Below are positions 58,020-64,000 of a DNA stretch of 64,000 nt, piece after piece (position 1 is the stretch's first letter; the number at the start of each line of letters is the position of its first letter). Under the pieces are notes generated by a model that saw only the letters and a list, made by a program, of their open reading frames with translations, did no database searches and had not been told where the DNA came from. The stretch is taken from NCBI RefSeq assembly GCF_003334335.1, contig NZ_QOWQ01000005.1; one strand, written 5' to 3'. A program made the translations under genes and the position numbers. Source of the DNA: Escherichia coli. Its GTDB lineage: Bacteria; Pseudomonadota; Gammaproteobacteria; Enterobacterales; Enterobacteriaceae.

Positions 58020-59564
58020 TTATTCCACGATGAACAGCGGCTTACCAGTCATCTCTTGCGGGATTTCCATACCCATCAGCGACAACATGGTCGGCGCGAT
58101 GTCAGAAAGTTTGCCGCCTGCAACCGCTTTCACGTTCTTATCACCAACGTAAATCAGCGGAACTGGCAGGTTGGTGTGTGCCGTGTGTGCCTGACCCGTT
58201 GCCGGATCGCGCATCTGTTCAGCGTTACCGTGGTCAGCGGTGATCAGCAGTTGTCCACCCACGGACTCAACCGCTTTCGCGACTTCTTCCACGCAGTGAT
58301 CCAGTGCTTCAACCGCTTTAACCGCCGCTTCCATCACCCCGGTGTGACCTACCATGTCGCCGTTCGGATAGTTACAGATAATGGTGTCGTATTTGCCGCT
58401 CTTGATGGCCGCAACCAGTTTTTCGGTCAGCTCTGCGGAGCTCATTTCCGGTTGCAGATCGTAGGTAGCCACTTTCGGTGAGTTGATCAGAATGCGATCT
58501 TCGCCTTTGAACGACTCTTCTACGCCACCGTTGAAGAAGAAAGTAACGTGGGCATATTTTTCGGTTTCGGAAATACGCAACTGAGTTTTGTCGTTTTTCG
58601 CCATCCACTCGCCGAAGGTGTTAACCAGGGAAGCGGGTGGGTAAGCAACCGCAGTTTTGATGTCAGCGGCGTATTCGGTCAGCATCACGAAATCGACGTT
58701 AACCACTTTCTTACGCGCGAAGCCGTCGAAATCTGCGTTTACGAATGCACGAGTGATTTCGCGCGCGCGGTCAGCACGGAAGTTCATGAAAATCAGCGCA
58801 TCGCCGTCTTCCATTGCCGCATCTGGCTGACCTTCTGCACGAATAACGGTCGCTTTCACGAACTCGTCGTTTTCGTCGCGAGCATAAGCTGCCTGCAAAC
58901 CAGCAACGGCAGTATCGGCCTGGAACTCACCCTGCGCCAGAGTCAGCAGGTCATAGGCTTTTTCAACGCGATCCCAACGGTTATCGCGGTCCATCGCGTA
59001 GTAACGACCAATGATGGACGCTACGCGGCCTTTACCCAGCGCAGCAAATTTCTCTTCAAATTTTTTCAGCGAGGATTCAGCACTGCGCGGCGGGGTGTCG
59101 CGACCGTCAAGGAATGCGTGCAGGTAGATTTTTTCTGCGCCGCGTTCAGCTGCCAGTTCTACCATCGCCATGATGTGATCTTCGTGGCTGTGTACGCCGC
59201 CTGCGGAGAGCAGACCCATAATGTGTACTGCTTTACCTGCGTTTTTCGCTTTATCTACCGCGCCAGTCAGCACTGGATTAGCAAAGAAAGCGCGATCTTT
59301 GATTTCAACGTCCAGACGAGTCAGGTCCTGATACACGATGCGGCCGGCACCCAGGTTAACGTGGCCTACTTCGGAGTTACCCATCTGACGGTCAGGCAGA
59401 CCGACTTCCAGACCGGAAGCGTCGATCAGGGTATGCGGACGATTGGCCCACAGTGCATCCATTACCGGGGTTTTAGCACTAAAAATGGCGTTATCCTGCT
59501 GTTCTTCACGATAGCCATAGCCATCCAGAATCACCAGTACCATAGGTTTTTTAGAAACCGACAT
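58020..59564 (-). CDS. gpmM: 2,3-bisphosphoglycerate-independent phosphoglycerate mutase
   Basis: 514 aa from [17 protein letters not shown]; longer 562-aa ORF start rejected. Confidence 0.9.
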
Positions 59565-59808
59565 TGCGACAACCTCATACTCAAGAGTCAAAATTTGCGT
59601 AATTTTACTACAGCTGAATCGATAAAATAGCCTCTGAAGATCAAAATATACGACCGCTCGCGGCAAGCCGATGCCAGATTTGCGCTTTTTTTTCGTCGTG
59701 CCCCGCAAAATTGCATTCCAGTTAACGCGCTGGCTGTATTTGCCGCACCGCGCAGGTATACTCCTTTCCTGGTTTTTTTAATCACTACGTCGGGAGTTGT
59801 TACCCCCC

Positions 59809-60240
59809 ATGCAAGAAATTATGCAATTTGTTGGCCGTCATCCCATACTGAGTATCGCCTGGATCGCGTTACTGGTGGCGGTTCTTGTGACTACGTTTAA
59901 GAGCCTGACCTCGAAAGTGAAGGTGATTACTCGTGGTGAAGCTACGCGTCTGATCAACAAAGAAGACGCTGTGGTTGTGGATTTACGTCAGCGTGATGAC
60001 TTCCGTAAAGGCCATATCGCAGGTTCTATCAATCTGTTGCCGAGCGAAATCAAAGCCAACAATGTTGGTGAGCTTGAGAAGCACAAAGACAAACCGGTTA
60101 TCGTGGTAGACGGTTCTGGCATGCAGTGCCAGGAGCCTGCAAACGCGCTGACGAAAGCTGGTTTTGCGCAAGTATTCGTGCTGAAAGAGGGCGTTGCTGG
60201 CTGGGCTGGCGAAAACTTGCCTCTGGTGCGCGGCAAATAA
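59809..60240 (+). CDS. yibN: rhodanese-domain inner membrane protein
   Basis: 143 aa from MQEIMQFVG; N-terminal TM segment plus rhodanese-like domain. Confidence 0.8.
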
Positions 60241-60381
60241 TTTACCTGTCGTCTTTCATGATGCAGGCCGTTAGCTGCAATTAGGCCCCCAGCGACTTAT
60301 TGTTATAAGCTTCTGGGGACACTCCATTTTGCAGCCGCCCTGCAACATGAAATTTCAGGGTAAAAAAACAGGAGCTAAATT

Positions 60382-60633
60382 ATGGCCAATGTTGAAATCT
60401 ATACCAAAGAAACCTGCCCGTATTGCCATCGTGCAAAAGCACTGCTGAGCAGCAAGGGCGTGAGTTTTCAGGAGTTGCCGATCGATGGCAATGCCGCCAA
60501 GCGTGAAGAGATGATCAAACGCAGCGGTCGCACCACGGTTCCCCAGATTTTTATTGACGCACAGCACATTGGCGGCTGTGATGACTTGTATGCATTGGAT
60601 GCACGTGGTGGACTGGATCCCCTGCTGAAATAA
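60382..60633 (+). CDS. grxC: glutaredoxin 3
   Basis: 83-aa ORF with CPYC active site. Confidence 0.9.
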
Positions 60634-60695
60634 CGTGTGAACGTTGGCATTACATTGCGCAGTATTTAAGGACAACACTTAAGGGTTTTCTACAC

Positions 60696-61163
60696 ATGTC
60701 AGAACAAAACAACACTGAAATGACTTTCCAGATCCAACGTATTTATACCAAGGATATCTCTTTCGAAGCGCCGAACGCGCCGCACGTTTTCCAGAAAGAT
60801 TGGCAACCAGAAGTTAAACTTGATCTGGATACGGCATCTTCCCAACTGGCAGATGACGTATACGAAGTGGTACTGCGTGTTACCGTAACGGCCTCCCTGG
60901 GCGAAGAAACCGCGTTCCTGTGTGAAGTTCAGCAGGGCGGTATTTTCTCCATCGCGGGTATCGAAGGCACCCAGATGGCACATTGCCTGGGCGCATACTG
61001 CCCGAACATTCTGTTCCCGTATGCTCGTGAGTGCATCACCAGCATGGTATCCCGCGGTACATTCCCGCAACTGAACCTTGCGCCGGTTAACTTCGATGCG
61101 CTGTTCATGAACTATTTGCAGCAGCAGGCTGGCGAAGGTACTGAAGAACATCAGGATGCCTGA
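60696..61163 (+). CDS. secB: protein-export chaperone SecB
   Basis: 155-aa ORF, canonical SecB. Confidence 0.95.
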
Positions 61164-62182
61164 TGAACCAACGTAATGCTTCAATGACTGTGATCGGTGC
61201 CGGCTCGTACGGCACCGCTCTTGCCATTACCCTGGCAAGAAATGGCCACGAGGTTGTCCTCTGGGGCCATGACCCTGAACATATCGCAACGCTTGAACGC
61301 GACCGCTGTAACGCCGCGTTTCTCCCCGATGTGCCTTTTCCCGATACGCTCCATCTTGAAAGCGATCTCGCCACTGCGCTGGCAGCCAGCCGTAATATTC
61401 TCGTCGTCGTACCCAGCCATGTCTTTGGTGAAGTGCTGCGCCAGATTAAACCGCTGATGCGTCCTGATGCGCGTCTGGTGTGGGCGACCAAAGGGCTGGA
61501 AGCGGAAACCGGGCGTCTGTTACAGGACGTGGCCCGCGAGGCGTTAGGCGATCAAATTCCGCTGGCGGTTATCTCTGGCCCAACGTTTGCGAAAGAACTG
61601 GCGGCAGGTTTACCGACAGCTATTTCGCTGGCCTCGACCGATCAGACCTTTGCTGATGATCTTCAGCAGCTGCTGCACTGCGGCAAAAGTTTCCGCGTTT
61701 ACAGTAACCCGGATTTCATTGGCGTGCAGCTTGGCGGCGCGGTGAAAAACGTCATTGCCATTGGTGCGGGGATGTCCGACGGTATCGGTTTTGGTGCGAA
61801 TGCGCGTACGGCGCTGATCACCCGTGGGCTGGCTGAAATGTCGCGTCTTGGCGCGGCGCTGGGTGCCGATCCTGCCACCTTTATGGGCATGGCGGGGCTG
61901 GGGGATCTGGTGCTTACCTGTACCGACAACCAGTCGCGTAACCGCCGTTTTGGCATGATGCTCGGTCAGGGCATGGATGTACAAAGCGCGCAGGAGAAGA
62001 TTGGTCAGGTGGTGGAAGGCTACCGCAATACGAAAGAAGTCCGCGAACTGGCGCATCGCTTCGGCGTTGAAATGCCAATAACCGAGGAAATTTATCAAGT
62101 ATTATATTGCGGAAAAAACGCGCGCGAGGCAGCATTGACGTTATTAGGTCGTGCACGCAAGGACGAGCGCAGCAGCCACTAA
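61163..62182 (+). CDS. gpsA: NAD(P)H-dependent glycerol-3-phosphate dehydrogenase
   Basis: 339 aa; NAD-binding [10 protein letters not shown]; start overlaps the secB stop. Confidence 0.9.
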   Translation: MNQRNASMTVIGAGSYGTALAITLARNGHEVVLWGHDPEHIATLERDRCNAAFLPDVPFPDTLHLESDLATALAASRNILVVVPSHVFGEVLRQIKPLMRPDARLVWATKGLEAETGRLLQDVAREALGDQIPLAVISGPTFAKELAAGLPTAISLASTDQTFADDLQQLLHCGKSFRVYSNPDFIGVQLGGAVKNVIAIGAGMSDGIGFGANARTALITRGLAEMSRLGAALGADPATFMGMAGLGDLVLTCTDNQSRNRRFGMMLGQGMDVQSAQEKIGQVVEGYRNTKEVRELAHRFGVEMPITEEIYQVLYCGKNAREAALTLLGRARKDERSSH

Positions 62183-62261
62183 CCTCAGGGAACCTTTGTT
62201 ACCGCTATGACCCGGCCCGCGCAGAACGGGCCGGTCATTATCTCATCGTGTGGAGTAAGCA

Positions 62262-63083
62262 ATGTCGTGTGAAGAACTGGAAATTGTCTGGAACAATATT
62301 AAAGCCGAAGCCAGAACGCTGGCGGACTGTGAGCCAATGCTGGCCAGTTTTTACCACGCGACGCTACTCAAACACGAAAACCTTGGCAGTGCACTGAGCT
62401 ACATGCTGGCGAACAAGCTGTCATCGCCAATTATGCCTGCTATTGCTATCCGTGAAGTGGTGGAAGAAGCCTACGCCGCTGACCCGGAAATGATCGCCTC
62501 TGCGGCCTGTGATATTCAGGCGGTGCGTACCCGCGACCCGGCAGTCGATAAATACTCAACCCCGTTGTTATACCTGAAGGGTTTTCATGCCTTGCAGGCC
62601 TATCGCATCGGTCACTGGTTGTGGAATCAGGGGCGTCGCGCACTGGCAATCTTTCTGCAAAACCAGGTTTCTGTGACGTTCCAGGTCGATATTCACCCGG
62701 CAGCAAAAATTGGTCGCGGTATCATGCTTGACCACGCGACAGGCATCGTCGTTGGTGAAACGGCGGTGATTGAAAACGACGTATCGATTCTGCAATCTGT
62801 GACGCTTGGCGGTACGGGTAAATCTGGTGGTGACCGTCACCCGAAAATTCGTGAAGGTGTGATGATTGGCGCGGGCGCGAAAATCCTCGGCAATATTGAA
62901 GTTGGGCGCGGCGCGAAGATTGGCGCAGGTTCCGTGGTGCTGCAACCGGTGCCGCCGCATACCACCGCCGCTGGCGTTCCGGCTCGTATTGTCGGTAAAC
63001 CAGACAGCGATAAGCCATCAATGGATATGGACCAGCATTTCAACGGTATTAACCATACATTTGAGTATGGGGATGGGATCTAA
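62262..63083 (+). CDS. cysE: serine O-acetyltransferase
   Basis: 273 aa with left-handed beta-helix hexapeptide repeats. Confidence 0.9.
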   Translation: MSCEELEIVWNNIKAEARTLADCEPMLASFYHATLLKHENLGSALSYMLANKLSSPIMPAIAIREVVEEAYAADPEMIASAACDIQAVRTRDPAVDKYSTPLLYLKGFHALQAYRIGHWLWNQGRRALAIFLQNQVSVTFQVDIHPAAKIGRGIMLDHATGIVVGETAVIENDVSILQSVTLGGTGKSGGDRHPKIREGVMIGAGAKILGNIEVGRGAKIGAGSVVLQPVPPHTTAAGVPARIVGKPDSDKPSMDMDQHFNGINHTFEYGDGI

Positions 63084-63097
63084 TGTCCTGTGATCGT

Positions 63098-63130
63098 GCC
63101 GGATGCGATGTAATCATCTATCCGGCCTAC
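63098..63130. repeat. REP palindromic element between cysE and trmL
   Basis: GCCGGATGCGATGTAATCATCTATCCGGCCTAC, a GCCGGATG...CCGGCCTAC imperfect palindrome. Confidence 0.6.
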
Positions 63131-63135
63131 AGTAA

Positions 63136-63609
63136 CTAATCTCTCAATACCGCTCCCGGATACCCCAACTGCCGCCAGGCTTCATACACCACTACCGACA
63201 CCGCATTGGACAGATTCATGCTGCGGCTGTCCGGCACCATCGGAATGCGAATTTTTTGTTCAGCGGGCAGGGCATCAAGAATGCTCGCTGGCAGGCCGCG
63301 TGTTTCCGGGCCGAACATCAGATAATCGCCATCCTGATAGCTTACGGCGCTGTGAGCAGGTGTACCTTTCGTGGTGAGGGCGAACAGGCGCTGGGGATTT
63401 TCTGCTTCGAGGAACGCGCGATAGTCATGATGACGCGTAACGGCGGTAAACTCGTGATAGTCCAGCCCCGCGCGGCGCAGGCGCTTATCGTCCCAGGCAA
63501 ATCCCATCGGTTCGATGATATGCAGACGAAAGCCGGTATTAGCGCAAAGACGGATGATGTTGCCAGTATTTGGCGGAATTTCTGGTTCGTAAAGTACGAT
63601 GTTTAGCAT
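63136..63609 (-). CDS. trmL: tRNA (cytidine/uridine-2'-O)-methyltransferase, SPOUT family
   Basis: 157-aa [30 protein letters not shown]. Confidence 0.9.
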   Translation of the reverse strand: MLNIVLYEPEIPPNTGNIIRLCANTGFRLHIIEPMGFAWDDKRLRRAGLDYHEFTAVTRHHDYRAFLEAENPQRLFALTTKGTPAHSAVSYQDGDYLMFGPETRGLPASILDALPAEQKIRIPMVPDSRSMNLSNAVSVVVYEAWRQLGYPGAVLRD

Positions 63610-63660
63610 ACTGCCCCCTTAGTGCGGGGGCAGGATAGCAGAAAATTGGTGAGCAGTGCG

Positions 63661-63800
63661 GCCTTTTCCCCTCACCCCGGCCCTCTCCCCGGAGGGGCGA
63701 GGGAGAAAAAAAGAGTGCGGTGTCGTTTCAGAGTGAGGGAGTACATACAGCGCCGAACGGTCCCCTCTCCCTGAGGGAGAGGGTTAGGGTGAGGGGGCGC
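63661..63800. repeat. pair of GC-rich repeat copies in inverted orientation between trmL and lldD
   Basis: CCCCTCACCCCGGCCCTCTCCCCGGAGGGGCGAGGG and, about 45 bp away, the near-reverse-complement CCCTCTCCCTGAGGGAGAGGGTTAGGGTGAGGGGG. Confidence 0.5.
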
Positions 63801-63806
63801 AAACGA

Positions 63807-64000
63807 CTATGCCGCATTCCCTTTCGCCATGGGAGCCAGTGCCGCAGGCAACTCTTTACCCAGCCCCTGCACCAGCGAATCTTGCGTAATTTCGCTGATC
63901 GATTTCGCGCCAGTCAGCGTCATCGCCACTTTCATCTCTTTTTCGATCAGATTTAGCAGGTTAGCTACACCCGCCTGGCCCGCTGTTGCCAGCGCATACA
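63807..64000 (-). CDS. lldD: L-lactate dehydrogenase, C-terminal fragment (gene continues past window end)
   Basis: Minus-strand translation ends ...[28 protein letters not shown] stop; N-terminus lies beyond the window. Confidence 0.8.

Noticed and set aside
62208-62236. Inverted repeat CCGGCCCG-cgcagaa-CGGGCCGG between gpsA and cysE, as a possible terminator
   Set aside because: No T-run follows and cysE lies in the same orientation immediately downstream; noted as a hairpin only

Overview
This window reads as a contiguous stretch of Escherichia coli chromosome (ade/adeQ through selC, recG-spoT-rpoZ-gmk, pyrE-rph, the waa LPS core cluster, tdh-kbl, secB-gpsA-cysE, to the 3' end of lldD). 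All assignments come from reading the ORF translations and the DNA by eye, using remembered family motifs and remembered K-12 gene order; no database search or computation was run. About 61 protein genes, tRNA-Sec, and several regulatory sites and repeats can be supported. I did not find a convincing novel or undescribed system: there is no integrase, phage, IS element, CRISPR array, toxin-antitoxin pair or recognisable defence cluster. The strain differs from K-12 MG1655 in three ways I can see: rph is intact (238 codons), the outer-core waa genes are of a Salmonella/R2-like type ending in a GT4 waaK-like gene, and htrL is missing between hldD and kbl. The variable content is confined to the AT-rich outer-core waa block (about 40.6-48.9 kb), and an ERIC repeat sits at the hldD/waaF junction. 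The selC tRNA site, a classic island integration hotspot, appears unoccupied.
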